Of a stretch of DNA of 64,000 nt, positions 1 to 12,310 are shown piece by piece. The DNA comes from the human T2T-CHM13v2.0 reference genome, Homo sapiens. Below the pieces are notes generated by a model. The model made no database searches and was not told the DNA's origin. It saw only the letters and a program-made list of their open reading frames with translations. The number at the start of each line of letters is the position of its first letter. The first letter of the stretch is position 1. The DNA is taken from assembly GCF_009914755.1 (NCBI RefSeq), contig NC_060928.1; one strand, written 5' to 3'. The position numbers were made by a program, and so were the translations under genes.

Positions 1-93
1 AAACTCATATTGTTACTTAGTGTAAACAAAACAATCGCTTCAGTAAAGTGCAAGTTTTTCAGACAGTGAGTCCAGAAAACAATTACTTCTTAC

Positions 94-111
94 TTCCTCC
101 TCAAGAAATCA
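94..111 (-). CDS. candidate 18-nt microexon (x-DFLRR-x, phase 2/2)
   Basis: Minus strand reads tatttttgcatttcacag|TGATTTCTTGAGGAGGAA|gtaaga: pyrimidine tract with TGC, AG acceptor, GTAAG donor. Only one frame is open. Inferred from motifs only. Confidence 0.3.
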
Positions 112-1072
112 CTGTGAAATGCAAAAATAACGTTCTCGGCAATGACGTTACAAGAAACCCAAAGATGAGTTTTAATAGCATAATTCAATGAAAAATAATT
201 CTATGGGAAAAGAAAAGATTACAGCTCACCAGAAACACAAAATTGCGTATTCCAAAGCACAACCACTGATGGTCTGTGGCTGCTCCTGGTGGCTCAATGG
301 CACTATCTGTGACTGTGTTGGATGCACACAGGTGGTCATCTCCCAGTACAGTGTGAGTCATTCAGCACCTCAAGTCACTGAAGAGTGCCTGACAGACCCT
401 AGGCCCTCCTAGCCCCACATCTCAGTCTTGGTTCCTCAATACAGCAGCTAAGTCTTGATTTAAGCAAATGAAAACACAGCAGGGAGCTCTGCTATTACTC
501 CAAATATGATTACTCACTATAGGCTTTAGAACAAAGGAAATAGAGACAAATTAATCAAAAGAAGCAAAATATCTAGTAAAGACATTACTGTCAGTGGTTG
601 GCGGTTAATGAGTGAGTGACCTGGATAAGGACTACTTATTGCTAAAGGCATCCTCCAATACACAGAGTGGGGAAAGTGAAAGAAAATTAAACACACAAAA
701 ACAGCACTATTCTTTTTTGCCTGTGACAGCAAGCCAAAATGTCAACACCAACTCCTTAACTTTACTTTCCATGTAAGCAAGCAGCATTAGCATTTCTCTA
801 GAGGAAAGGACAAAAAAATAGTTCATAACAAGGTAAGATTTGGAATTAAAAACATAAACTGGTGTGGTTCAACAAAGCCAGATTTTTCAGTGCAAACAAT
901 GTATCAACTGTCAGTTGAGTGAAAAGATAACCCAGTCTCCAGTGCCTAGGGGCCTGGAATTATACACTGCAAGGTATTGTGCATCAATTTCCCATGTGTC
1001 AGAGAAAGGAACAGTTTAGCCTTGACACCAAGAGGTCTGCACACACAAATACCTAAAAGTAACCTAAAAGTC

Positions 1073-1474
1073 TATTCATGTCCTTAGCCCACTTTTTGAT
1101 GGGATTATTTGTTTCTTGCTAATTTGTTTGAGTCCATTGTAGATTCTGGATATCAGTCCTTTGTCAGATGTATAGATTGTGAAGATTTTCTCCCACTCTG
1201 TGTGTTGTCTGTTTACTCTGCTGACTGTTCCTTTTGCTGTGCAAAAGCTCTTTAGTTTGATTAGGTCCCAGCTATTTATTTTTGTTCTTATTGCGTTTGC
1301 TTATGGGTTCTTGTTCGTGAAATCCTTGCCTAAGCCAATGTCTAGAAGAGTTTTTCCAATGTTGTCTTTTAGAATTTTTATAGTTTCTTGTCTTGGATTT
1401 AAGTCCTTCATCCATCTTGAGTACCACTTGTTCCCCAATAACCTATGGAAATACAAATATTAAAAAATACAAAA
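1073..1474. mobile_element. 5'-inverted, internally deleted L1PB-like insertion
   Basis: 1073-~1420 is antisense L1 ORF2 3' sequence (ORF 1179..1463). ~1421-1474 is a sense L1 3' terminus (ttccccaataacctatggaaat plus A-rich tail). Flanked by taaaagtc at 1065-1072 and 1475-1482. Confidence 0.75.
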
Positions 1475-1847
1475 TAAAAGTCACTTAGCACTCAATTGCA
1501 GTATGTCTGAACCTCTTGGAAAGATGGATGCCTTTCAACTATTAAAATTATTTTTTAACTATATATCTGAAAAGCATTATTAATAAAGATTCGTGAACTT
1601 AGCAGTTATAGTTCCAGAGAAAGAGTGCCAGGTGTACAGCTCTTAGAATGTAAGCTATTAAGATGCAGAGATTGTATCTGTGCAAATCACTTTGTTCAAC
1701 ACCAAAAGCATGTCAGCGAGAAGTGAAATATTTACAAATATTTTTTTGATGACAATGACAAGGAATCAGGACCCTTGATTAGAAGAGATGGATATCCAAG
1801 TCAAACCAGCTATCTTAGAAAAGAAATTGGGAGCTCCCCTTACCAAA

Positions 1848-1975
1848 TGTTGAGAAGAGCAGAAACAGAGCTGGGCCTCAAGCTAGTGCCAACATCTGAA
1901 AAGGGGCTGTTGGGAAGAGCAGAAGCAGGACTGGGCCTCAAGCTAGTGCCAGCATCTGAGCATCTGAAAAGGGGC
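1848..1975 (+). repeat. 60-bp tandem duplication (2 copies)
   Basis: tgttg(a/g)gaagagcagaa..ctgggcctcaagctagtgcca(a/g)catctgaaaaggggc starts at 1848 and 1908. Confidence 0.9.
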
Positions 1976-2504
1976 CAGGACTCCCTGTCTCTAAGTCTTT
2001 CATTCCCACTTTCTTGGTATCTTGGCTTTATCTCCAAACCAAAATCCTTTTCTTCCCTAGAGGAGGAAATAGAACTCCAGTAGCTCTCTGCTAGCATCAA
2101 GCTAAGCTGAGGTGTAAAAACTCTCTTCTACTTAGTTCTGTGCATGGACAGAATCATCTGCCTACTCACAAACCAATCCTGTATTGGGGGTGTGGCATTC
2201 TGATCTCCCAGGTTGGGTCATGTGCCTACCCTTAGGGTGGGAGGCAGAGATTTATGAGTTGGGTGAGGAAAGAGAAGTAGTTCCTGCAGAGGAAAGGAAC
2301 ATGCACTGAACTACAGAAATGGGGAGAAGCAATGAATATTAAAAGAAGTAGACTGATGTTAGGAGAAAATGGCAAAACTAGGGTAGATTCCCATATATCT
2401 CAGCTGGAGTACTACAGAGCCCCATGTGTTAATACACAAGAATACATTTTATAGAAGATGTTATTATTATTTGTATGAAACTGGATACTCAGTTGAATTC
2501 GTAC

Positions 2505-2677
2505 ATGAATGCATAATGCCATCGCTCACTACCAAAAATTTTGCAGTAGAGCTTCCCACATTTGGGGCAATTCCAGGGATCAGCATGCCCCTATAATGGA
2601 TCCAGAGTGGAATGGATAAGCCTTGCCCTGGGAAAACTGCCTTTAAGATCATGGTATCTGCCCTGCCAGGTAAGTAT
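2505..2677 (-). pseudogene. U1 snRNA pseudogene (RNU1-like)
   Basis: Reverse complement reads ATACTTACCTGGCAGGGcAGATACCATGATC..TTTTCCCAGGGCaAGGCTTATCCATT..CCCCAAATGTGGGAA..ACTGCA..TGGTAGTG, matching U1 snRNA. It has a 13-nt insertion at 2587-2599 and a direct repeat gtatgaaactggat at 2473-2486 and 2674-2687. Confidence 0.95.
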
Positions 2678-2842
2678 GAAACTGGATCTTTCTAAGGCAC
2701 ATTGGAACAAACCTCATTTTTAGCCACAAGTTATGGGTATTTTGAAAAGCCCTTATTGCAAAACACATAGAAACAGCAGGTAAAATACAGTCAACATGGA
2801 CTTAATGCATGGTTGTTCTTCCAAGAGGGTAAGGAAACCCCC

Positions 2843-2905
2843 GGGGAAATGGCAAAGCAGAAAACCTGAATGGGGGGGAAACGGCAAAGCAGAAAACCTG
2901 AATGG
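2843..2905 (+). repeat. 32-bp tandem duplication
   Basis: ggggaaa(t/c)ggcaaagcagaaaacctgaatgg twice. Confidence 0.85.
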
Positions 2906-3104
2906 CCAATGAATGCAAAACCATGGCTGCTCCGGAAACATTTCCCAACCTCAAGAATCTAGAGACTTGAATCTGAAGGCTGAGCAGGGTGGCAGAAGAC
3001 AAGGCTTTTAGGTCACTGCCAGGTAGAGACCTCTGCATACATTCAGAACTCATTAATCAGGAATTAAAAGCTTCTAACAAAAGTAAAGAGATAAAAAAGG
3101 AGCT

Positions 3105-3455
3105 TGTTCATCTCATGTTCATTGCAGCATTATTCATAATAGCCAAGAGGTAAAAGCAACCTAAATATCTGTCAAGAGATGAATGGATTTTAAAAAGTGG
3201 TATATACACAATAAATTATTATTCAGCCTTAAAAAAGAAAGAAATCGTGTCATATGTCATAACATAGATAAACCTTGGGGATACTATACTAAGTGAAATA
3301 AACCAGTCACAAAAATACAAACACAGTGCTGCATGATCCTTCTTATATGAGGTTTTTAAAGTAGTCAAACTCTTAGAAACAGAGACGTAAAATGACAGGT
3401 GCCAGGGACTAGCGGAGGGGGAAAAGAGGACTTGTTCAGTGGGTATAGAGTTTTA
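3105..3455 (+). mobile_element. old L1 (L1MA/MB) 3' fragment
   Basis: catgttcattgcagcattattcataatagccaag...gatgaatggat...ctaagtgaaataaaccagtcacaaaaa, typical of an L1M 3' end. Confidence 0.8.
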
Positions 3456-3684
3456 TAGTGAATCCCACACTTAATCCTACTCAAGCTGGTATAGAGGATA
3501 GAAACAAAGATAAGACTATAGATTTATGAACAATAAAAAGTGTAAACCAAGCATTCTATACCTAGCCAAACTGTCATTCACATATGGAGATGAAAAGAGA
3601 AAAAGAGTTTCAAACATGCAGGAATGTAGGACAATCATTTGTACAACCTTACTGAAAAATTGTTCTCTGAATTAACATAAATGT

Positions 3685-3957
3685 GGCCGGGCATAGTGGC
3701 TCACGCCTGTAATCCCAGCACTTTCGGAGGCCAAGGTGGATGGATCGCTTGAGGCCAAGAGTTCAAGGCCATCCTGGGTAACATGGTGAAATCCCATCTC
3801 TAGTAAAAACTCAAAAATTAGTTGGGCCATGGTGGCGGGCTCCTGCAATCCCAGCTGAGGCAGGAGAATCACTTGAACCTGGGAGGCAGAGGTTGCAGTG
3901 AGCACAGCACTGCACTCCAGCCTGAGTGACAGAGGGAAACTATGCCTCCGAGAAAAA
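3685..3957 (+). mobile_element. Alu (old, AluJ-like, internal deletions)
   Basis: ggccgggcatagtggctcacgcctgtaatcccagcacttt...gcactccagcctgagtgacagag. Confidence 0.92.
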
Positions 3958-4430
3958 CCAAGCAGACAGACAAATACATTTTACACTGGCAAAGATCAAA
4001 TTATTTGTGATTATAGTGCTCATCATTTACTGAGCATATAATCCCTAGCAGTAGTTTCACTAGATACTTTATAAATGCCATTTCTGTCTGTCCTTCAACA
4101 AGCCTCTAAATTAGATGTTCTATCCACTTTATGGATATGAGAAATCTAAGAGAACTTACTAACCCACTCTTAGATTTCTCATCTATGAAGTTGACAAAAT
4201 AGCTCATTTACAGGCTTTGTAATTTCTAAAATATCATATAGCTAGGATTGTAAATTGATCCTGGTACTTTTTGATTTTTTGAGTTAAAGTTCATGCTGAA
4301 GCGTGTTGGGTTGACAGGCATTCTGAGATTCAGCACAGGGCATAAGCAAAATGGCAGCTTTTCCTACTGGGGTAAAGGAGTCAGACCACCAAAATAATCG
4401 GTTCTTTAAACCTCCTTTCTGATGACTCAC

Positions 4431-4472
4431 ATCCTCAAAACTTTATGAACTCTTAACATGATATCGTGTACA
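4431..4472 (-). CDS. candidate 42-nt small exon (x-VHDIMLRVHKVLR-x, phase 2/2)
   Basis: Minus strand reads acattgcatttttccag|TGTACACGATATCATGTTAAGAGTTCATAAAGTTTTGAGGAT|gtgagt. Length is a multiple of 3, only one frame is open, and TGC lies near the acceptor. Inferred from motifs only. Confidence 0.35.
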
Positions 4473-7359
4473 CTGGAAAAATGCAATGTATATTTTTAAT
4501 AAAAATGGAGTGGGTTTTAGGAGATCTAGAGCAGTCACAGCTGACATCCAAACTGTTCTATTTCACTCGCAGAGGTTTCCATCTTCCACCACCACGACCT
4601 CCACCTTCCTGCTCTTCACTCCTCCTTACTTTACTAATCTAGTTACTGTTTTTCTCTCTTCCAATTCAGACTCAAAGTGACAGGACGGGACAGAATGAGG
4701 CAGAAATCACAGGGTTTGTAAGGCCTGGAGAATGGGGTTCACACAAACCTTTGGACCACTTTTTCTCAGGGGTAGACTTCATGCTCAGATGCTGATGTTC
4801 TGTGCTGGACCTGTTTGGGTTCCTCCTCCTCATTCACTCTTGCTCCTGAGCATCACCTGCTCTGACTTGTAAACGTTCTTCTAACATCCCCTAACACAAA
4901 GGAGTTAACTGAAGCTCTGAGAGGCCTGGAGGTCAGTCATGGACCTTCACATTATTTGACTTTAAACAAATCTTGAAAGATTCATCCCCCTCAACATGGC
5001 ACTTGTGTGCATGTAGAGGCATTCATCTCACACCACTACAAAAGAAGCAGCAGTGTTTGCCAGAAATCATGGGATTCCTCTCTTTTCTCCGGGCTCCGGG
5101 TCTGAATTGCCAGGCCGGCTTTGTCAGGAGTGATAAATGTAAGAGTCATGGCTGGGTGGGGCTGGATTGTGCTATGTGTGGCACATAAGGGATGAAAGTG
5201 AGAGATATTTCCTAATTACAAATGTATGTTCTTTATTCTTCAAAGTTTAGATTCACATCTCTCAATTCCATTTTTCTGCACAAAATCTCATTGTATCATT
5301 AATGGATTTGTCCAGTGCATTGATAATATCATAATCTATCCACTGTAACCTGATTAAGCATGTGCTTGTCATTTTAAAAAATGAGAAAACTGGCATACAT
5401 GCTTCAGCAAAGAATTTGCCACACCTGCATTGTGTATGCAGCTGGTTTAATTACAGACATAATGTATTTAGCATAGTATGTACGAAGCTGCATCACACCT
5501 GAGCATCCCATTTGATGTATTTCCTGAGACCTATTTGCCACTGTTCTTTCCTTTGTGACTGTCCTTACAGAATTAATATTTTTATAACTATTATATAATT
5601 AATTATCCTTTAGGACCTCACTGAAACTGCGATCTTATTCCATCACATTTGGAAATGAGTGTACGCTTATAGCTCCTTTTGAAGATAATGAGGCATCACA
5701 GAAGGAGCCATGATCTACATTTCCTTGAACATCCAGAAAGCAGAAATTACGATACTGTGACTGGCCCTGGCTGTGTTTTGATGAGATTGTCTTGGCCATC
5801 ACTTTCTCAGTTTCTTAGCACCAAGTTCTTGGGTGACCAGTTGCACAGAACACCACTTGCATTACTGAATACAAACTGACTTGGGGTCTATAGGGTGACG
5901 GTGGTTGAGGGTTGACAGCAGTGCTGTAGGAACAAGACTTGAATCACAGAGGGAGTCTACATGGAGCAATGTGGTGATATATTTCCAAGCACACAATTTC
6001 TACAACAGGTCAACTGCAATTCCCACACAGCTGACCCAGCCCTAAAGTGAACATTGAGTAAAAGCAATCATATCTTTATTCCAAACCATCTGAATTTGCT
6101 GATTTTTATAAATATGTTATTTTATTCTATCAAATAAATTCTACTCCTGGATTCCTTAAAACAACTCCTGCATTACTTTGTAGGTAAAACTATCAAAAAA
6201 TTTGCATAATTACTTCATTTGAAGTTATTAAACTGCTAAGGCAGCAAAATTCATTAAGCTACATTTTACTAAACTCTAATCATTAAGTGAAACAATATTT
6301 TTCCCTCAAAAAAGGTAATAGTTTCCTGGAAATATTCTTCATGGCTTTATTTCCTCTGCTAATTGATCCGGGTCATTTAATTCAATAATTTTTATAAAGG
6401 TAAAATTATAGGAATTTAATTGACTTTTGCTTAGCTTCCAATTATGTCTAATTTGTTTCTATTCAGTCTCATTAGATCCAGTTATGGTTGGACTAATAGT
6501 AATTACTCCCAATAGTTAATGTACTTTAAAATAAGGACTCTGTCTTCTGTTATTTTCAAGTAATTTTTCATCAGGGTTAGGCAGGGCTTCTTAATCATAT
6601 TAATACAAATGGTTTCCTATGTGCATGAGTAAGTTTGCATTTAGTACGCAGGCAATCCCATGTAACTTAGCAAAGCTAGCAAGTCCCTAGACATGGCGCA
6701 GCCACTGTAGAGGTGGCCTCTCACTAGCATCGTTAATATCAATTGTAATTGGTAGGCAATCACTTAGTTTCACATTTCATTACCCGAGTTATACAAATGT
6801 GTAAAAAAAATACAGTTTTAATAAAAGGGAGTAAAGGATAATATGAGTAATATTCACAATCTCTAGTTGGAAGAGGTAGTGTTTTCTCAGAAATGATGCA
6901 TTCCTGGAGCAAGGTCATTTTGTGTTTGGTTTGTTAAATATCTATTTCCATTTTGACAAACCATTGGAAAAGCCCAGCTTCACAAGGACTCTCCATGAAA
7001 GCGATCACAAAAAAGAACACCCATAACACAAAATCAAAACAAGGGTGGTCTGGGCTTCAATTAAAGACTCATTACCAAGTTTTCTTAGAAGAGATAAGGA
7101 ACACAAAGTTACTTTTATGTGATGGAAAACAGAGAGAAAGAGTAAATGGAACAATAACCGTTAGGAAACAGCAGTGAGAAACAAGCTGTGGAAAAAAATG
7201 AATGGAATTATGTTTTGTTTGCTATTGATTTCCTATCCTGATATCAGAAAATATGGGAAAGAACAAAGCACATTTTTTGAGACAAATAGAACATAGAATA
7301 AATTAGCATTAAAGATTATTTTGCAGTGCTAACAAAAATATCTGTGACTTGTTTCTTCC

Positions 7360-7805
7360 CTTCAAAAATACGATTTTGTACAATTACATTTATATGAATT
7401 ATAGAAATAAAATTGTAAAGATGGAGAACAGACTATGGGGTTGCCAAGGGGAAGGGATGGAGGAAAATGTGTCAGAGTGTCCACAAAGATTGCAAGTTGG
7501 AGCCTGGCGGTGAGGCTACAGTTCTGTATCTTGACTGTCGAGGTTGTAGTTACAGAGATCTACACGAGATAAAAATGCACAGAACACATGCACACAAATA
7601 CACACACACATACATACAAAAACAAATGTGTACAAAATGGTTGTGATCTGAGCAAGCTTTCTGAATTGTACCTATGTCAGTTTCCAGGTTTTGATATGCT
7701 CTATGGCTATGCGAGATGTCACCGTTGGGAGAATTAGTGAAGAGTACCTAAGACATCCCTGTACCTTTTGCAACTTCCTGTGAATCTATAATTATTTCAA
7801 AAGAA
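7360..7805 (+). mobile_element. old L1 (L1MC/MD-type) 3' UTR fragment
   Basis: gatggagaacagact..ggttgccaagggg...tttgcaacttcctgtgaatctataattatttcaaaa 3' terminus. Confidence 0.7.
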
Positions 7806-9739
7806 ACTTGAAAGTCGAGTATAGCAAGGACTAAATCCATCACTTCAAAGAGGAAAAAACTGAAGATGAATGAAATTGTTGAAGAACATCAAATACTCAA
7901 CAGTCCGTATGAGAGCTGTATTCTGTCCACTCGAAGCTCAGCTGTCGTTTAGCCTTTTCCTGACGTGCCCTGGAGGACTTGAGCTCCCCTTGGATTGCCA
8001 AGGCCTATAATGTTTATTTGTTACTAACTTTGTGCTGGACCCAAAAAAAAATGAAAAGTGATCGAATAATCATTTATAATAACAACTAGTACTTTTACTT
8101 ATAAAGAGACAATAGTGGTAATGAATTTAAATATTTGGGGTAAAGAATAGGATCTTGGTAAGACAATATTGGCAAAATATAAAACAGAAAAAATAAGGAA
8201 TCAGAAACATAAGTAGTTCAGTACTGTGAAAAAATTCTGGATATGAGAAGCAAAAGAACAGAGATTGTATTGCATTTCTGCTCCAAACCTGCTGAATCAC
8301 CTTAGGCAATGCATGCCCTTTCCCTGAATCTGTTTTCTTTTCTACAAAATAAAGTGAGCTAGATCATCTCCAAATATTCACATTTTTCGACTCTACATGG
8401 ACTTCAGTTGAATTGCTAATTTCAGTTTGGATAATACATGTGTGCTGCACCACAAGTGGTGTGTCTAAACCCTCATGTTGGTCCTAAAAAATAATTAAAT
8501 CTAGCATTTGGCAGCTGGAAGCCATTGCAATCTTTTAAGTATTCCTGAAGCTTATTTTATCAGTGTATCAAGATAAAATGCTAATAACGTGGTAGATATA
8601 AAGTCTGTTAGCAACTATCAGTGCTGTGTTATCTCAGAAGACTTTGTAAGGATAATGATAAGAAGTGGATCAAGTAAAACAGCCTGAATTGACCCCCAAG
8701 ATCCACTAAAATGATTAACTATTCCATTCATGAAAATTCACTACAGTCAAACTATCTAAACTTGCTGTTCCTGAGCTGACGTTATTCCAGTTCTACATGG
8801 CAGTATTAATTGCACCTCCATTTGGCTAAGCATCATGAATAACAGCAGTCTTAACAATGTATCGCCACTTCCTTATATACCTGTTTACACTTGTGATCAT
8901 AATAATGTCAACTTTAATACTCTCACCAAAAAAATGTTGAAAAAAATACCCCTTTTACAACGTAAAGCTAAAGATCTAGGCTTGCATAAATGATCAAAAG
9001 CTAAAAGGTAGCACCAGTAATCTCTGTTAGTACTGCAAAAAGACATCAAGTTCAGTATCAACTTAATAAAAAAGACAGTTATTAACCAGCAACTGAACTT
9101 TAAAGTTATCATGTTGCTTGCAACTGAAATACGAGCCTATTCACGAACACAGACGATATTCACATGAACATCCCTGCTAAACTCTACCTGAGCTCACCAT
9201 GAGAGTAAACCGGGAGGAGGGGTAGAGATGATAGCTCTCCATATATAATGCTTGAATCTCCAGGAGGCAACAGAACAGGATCATTGCCCCACCATGGCTC
9301 CTTCCCATCTGTTTTGATCATCCAGGCAGACCTATAGTGAAACAAAATGAAAGCACTAACAGTTTCCTGGGCTGTATTTTTCTTAGTATCCTACAGAGAA
9401 ACACCTAGTCACACTGCCACTGACTGCACTCCTAACCCTGGATTTTGCATTCTCACACTGTGGGTTACAAGAGGCAAACAGCAATGCAGATCCATCACTA
9501 TCATCGGATATAATGCAAATAAGACACTTGCTGTGGATGGCTGATCATAACAATAACATGATCTGGGGGCATCAGAAGTCCTGCTTGACTCTTATTTTCT
9601 AACATTTTTGCAGGCTGCTGGCTGACCTCCACCCCACTTCAGGAACAACAGGATAGACTACAGCTGGGCCGATCCATAAACTCACCAGTAGCCCAGGAGA
9701 TGGCCTGACATGAAAAGTTCTGCACAAGCAGGAGCAAAA

Positions 9740-10480
9740 TGAGCCAATAGCTCCACTTGCATTCTGTTGGTATCCTGCATGTTATTTTCACAGAGCAATA
9801 CAAGTTTCTGCTGTACTGCACACACATATTACTCACTTTCTTTGCCGCCATGATGCTTAAGTATTTCAACTGCATTTTTAAGTAATATATCTTTCAAAAC
9901 TTCGCTTAAAAATTGCATGATCTCCAGTTGTAGCTTCAGTAGTCTGTTGAAAAGTTTGTCTAAGACAGTAGGCTTTAAACATTGAAATAACTCCTTGGTC
10001 CACTAGCTGGACGATTAAAGTTGTATTTGTTAGTAAAAAGCGGCTTTTTAACATCTTCATGGAGGTATCCAAATGAATAAAGGTGACCTGGACACTTATC
10101 CAACAGTGATGGTGCTTTAAAAGTTAAATTATGTGAGTTTATGACTGGAGGACAAGTAGTTTACACAACTACACACCTTGATATCTGTCTAAACTAAATT
10201 CATACAGACGCACAGGTACACAGCGACAAATAACCAGCACACTTTCACAGAGACAGCATGATTGCTCACTGATCATCATGCTTGTCCATTAAATACTTAC
10301 TAATTTTTGTACTAAAAACCAGCATCAAAATTTGTACTGAATGAAATTACACATAGTTAATACACTGTGGAAAGTGAAATTTGCACTGTGTCCATGAAGG
10401 AATTATATATGTTATCTAACCAAAGCACAGTAACAAAAATTCCTGCATATAAGAACCACGAAAAGCCAGGACTGCTGTAA
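9740..10480 (-). mobile_element. Tigger (TcMar/pogo) DNA transposon remnant
   Basis: ORF 9878..10072 contains NTTLIVQLVDQGVISMFKAYCLRQTF, resembling the Tigger DDE motif NTTSLLQPMDQGVI..FKAYYLR. Outer boundaries are approximate. Confidence 0.7.
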
Positions 10481-10630
10481 GATTTTTATATTACTTGGGA
10501 GATGATATAATAGTACTTAAGAATAAACTGTGATAAGTTAACAATATACACGGTAAACGCTTGAGCAATAACTTTGAACAAAAATACATAGTGCACCTAT
10601 TGAGCCAATAGTTGCAATAAAATATAATAC

Positions 10631-10725
10631 TGATATGGTTTGGCTGTGTCCCTAACCAAATCTCATCTTGAATTGTAGTTCCCATAATCCCCATGTGTCC
10701 TGGGAGGGACCTGGCAGAAGGTAAT
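10631..10725 (+). mobile_element. truncated THE1/MST MaLR LTR 5' fragment
   Basis: tgatatggtttggctgtgtccctaaccaaatctcatcttgaattgtagttcccataatcccc, ending abruptly after about 95 bp. Confidence 0.85.
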
Positions 10726-11576
10726 GATACTTATTGAGCATCTACTATATCAGGTGCAGCCAGTGTAGCTCTTGAACAAGACAGACAAAATTCTCATACC
10801 TCTACCAGGGTCATATTTGATCTTCATTTATCTACCATTTATAACATTTTATTTGTCTTTTATTGGAAACCCTTCAAATCCTTTCTGAAGTAGATATAGT
10901 TGAAATAAAGATATAAGTTGAGACTGAGATCATATACTGCATTATTTCCCTTGCAAATTCATATTAATTACAGTGAATATCTCATTTTGTTTTTCTTTTT
11001 GTTTGGAGGGAAGGAGTAGTTCCTGTCTTGCTACTTTTCTTTCTAACCGTGCCATGATTTAAGTTCCTTCATTCATCGTGTTGGCTCTCTTGAAGAAAAA
11101 TCCAGACACCTGCCTTACACTGGAAGCAGCAAGGGCTTTTCCTCGCCGGCTCCCGTGCAGCTCTCAGGCAGGCGTGTGACCAGACCATGGCTGTCAGTCG
11201 CTCTCCCTCCAGGCTTGGACTCTTGATCCGTGATGAGAGAACAGCAGAGGCACATGATATTTATCGCAGCACCAGTGCGCTGAGCGAACCCTTCCTGCCC
11301 AGAGACGAATGCAGGGTCCTTGCTTCCCCAGTCCCTTTGATTTCTATTTTCAAGCCTAGTTTCTCAGCTTCCAGTTTATTCTTTGAGCCTTGCTCTCATT
11401 GCTACCACCAACATTTTTCAGGAAATTCCCCTTTCTTTTCATGTTATTTTCAGATGGTTGCAACTAAAGAGCACTAAGCAACACTCTCCAAACTCAACTG
11501 GGCCCTGCTATTCCCAGTGTTGCCAATGAGAAAGAATACATGGAGCCCCACAGAAGGAGGAGTCAGAGTCCTTAGC

Positions 11577-12039
11577 TAAGGGAGGAGACCACTACTCATA
11601 TCGTCTTATGCGCAATTTCTGCCTCCAAAGAAATAAGAAGTAAAAACTAAAAGGCAGAAATGAAATCCACAGGCAGACAGCCCAGTGCCACACCCTGGGC
11701 CTGGTAGTTAAAGATCGACCCCTGACCTAATCGGTCAGGTTAACTATAGATTACAGATATTGTATGGAAAAGCACTGTGAAAATCCCTGTCCTGTTCTTC
11801 TCCGTTCTAACTACCAGTGCATGCAGCCCCCAGTCATGAACCCTCAGCTTGCTCAGTCGATCACGATCCTCTCACGCGGACCCCCTTAGAGTTGTGAGCC
11901 CTTAAAAGGGACAGGAATTGCTCATTTGGGGAGGTCGGTTGTTGGAGACGTGAGTCTTGCTGAAGCTCCCAGCCGAATAAAGCCCTTTCTTCTACAACTC
12001 GGTGTCTGAGGGGTTTTGTCTGCAGCTTGTCCTGCCACA
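11577..12039 (+). mobile_element. LTR2 (HERV-E/Harlequin) solo LTR
   Basis: Starts taagggaggagaccact.ctcatat.gtcttatg, contains aaagatcgacccctgacctaatcgg, a TATA-like cttaaaagg (~11901) and AATAAA (11976), and ends gtcctgccaca. Confidence 0.88.
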
Positions 12040-12094
12040 AGCCAGCACTGGACACTCAAAGTCTCTTGTGCAATAAGCACTCAATAAATAGTGG

Positions 12095-12310
12095 TGAAAG
12101 GAAAAGGGTGGAAAGGAGGAGGGAAGAGAAGAAAGGACAAAGAAAGAGAGGAAAAGAAGGAAAGGAGGGTGGGAGGGAGGAAGAAAGAGAGGGAGGGAGG
12201 GAGCAAGAAGGGAGGGAGGGAGGGAAAAATGTAGGGTGGGTGGGCAGGAGGAAGGGAGAGAGAAAAAGATAAAGGGAGGGAAGGGAGGGAAAGGGGAGGG
12301 GGAGGGAAAA
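12095..12310 (+). repeat. GA-rich low-complexity polypurine tract
   Basis: About 215 nt of almost exclusively G/A with (GGGA)n runs; source of spurious ORFs 11992..12388. Confidence 0.9.

Noticed and set aside
2667-2677. Perfect + strand splice donor CAG|GTAAGTAT as evidence of a + strand gene
   Set aside because: It is simply the reverse complement of the U1 pseudogene 5' end.
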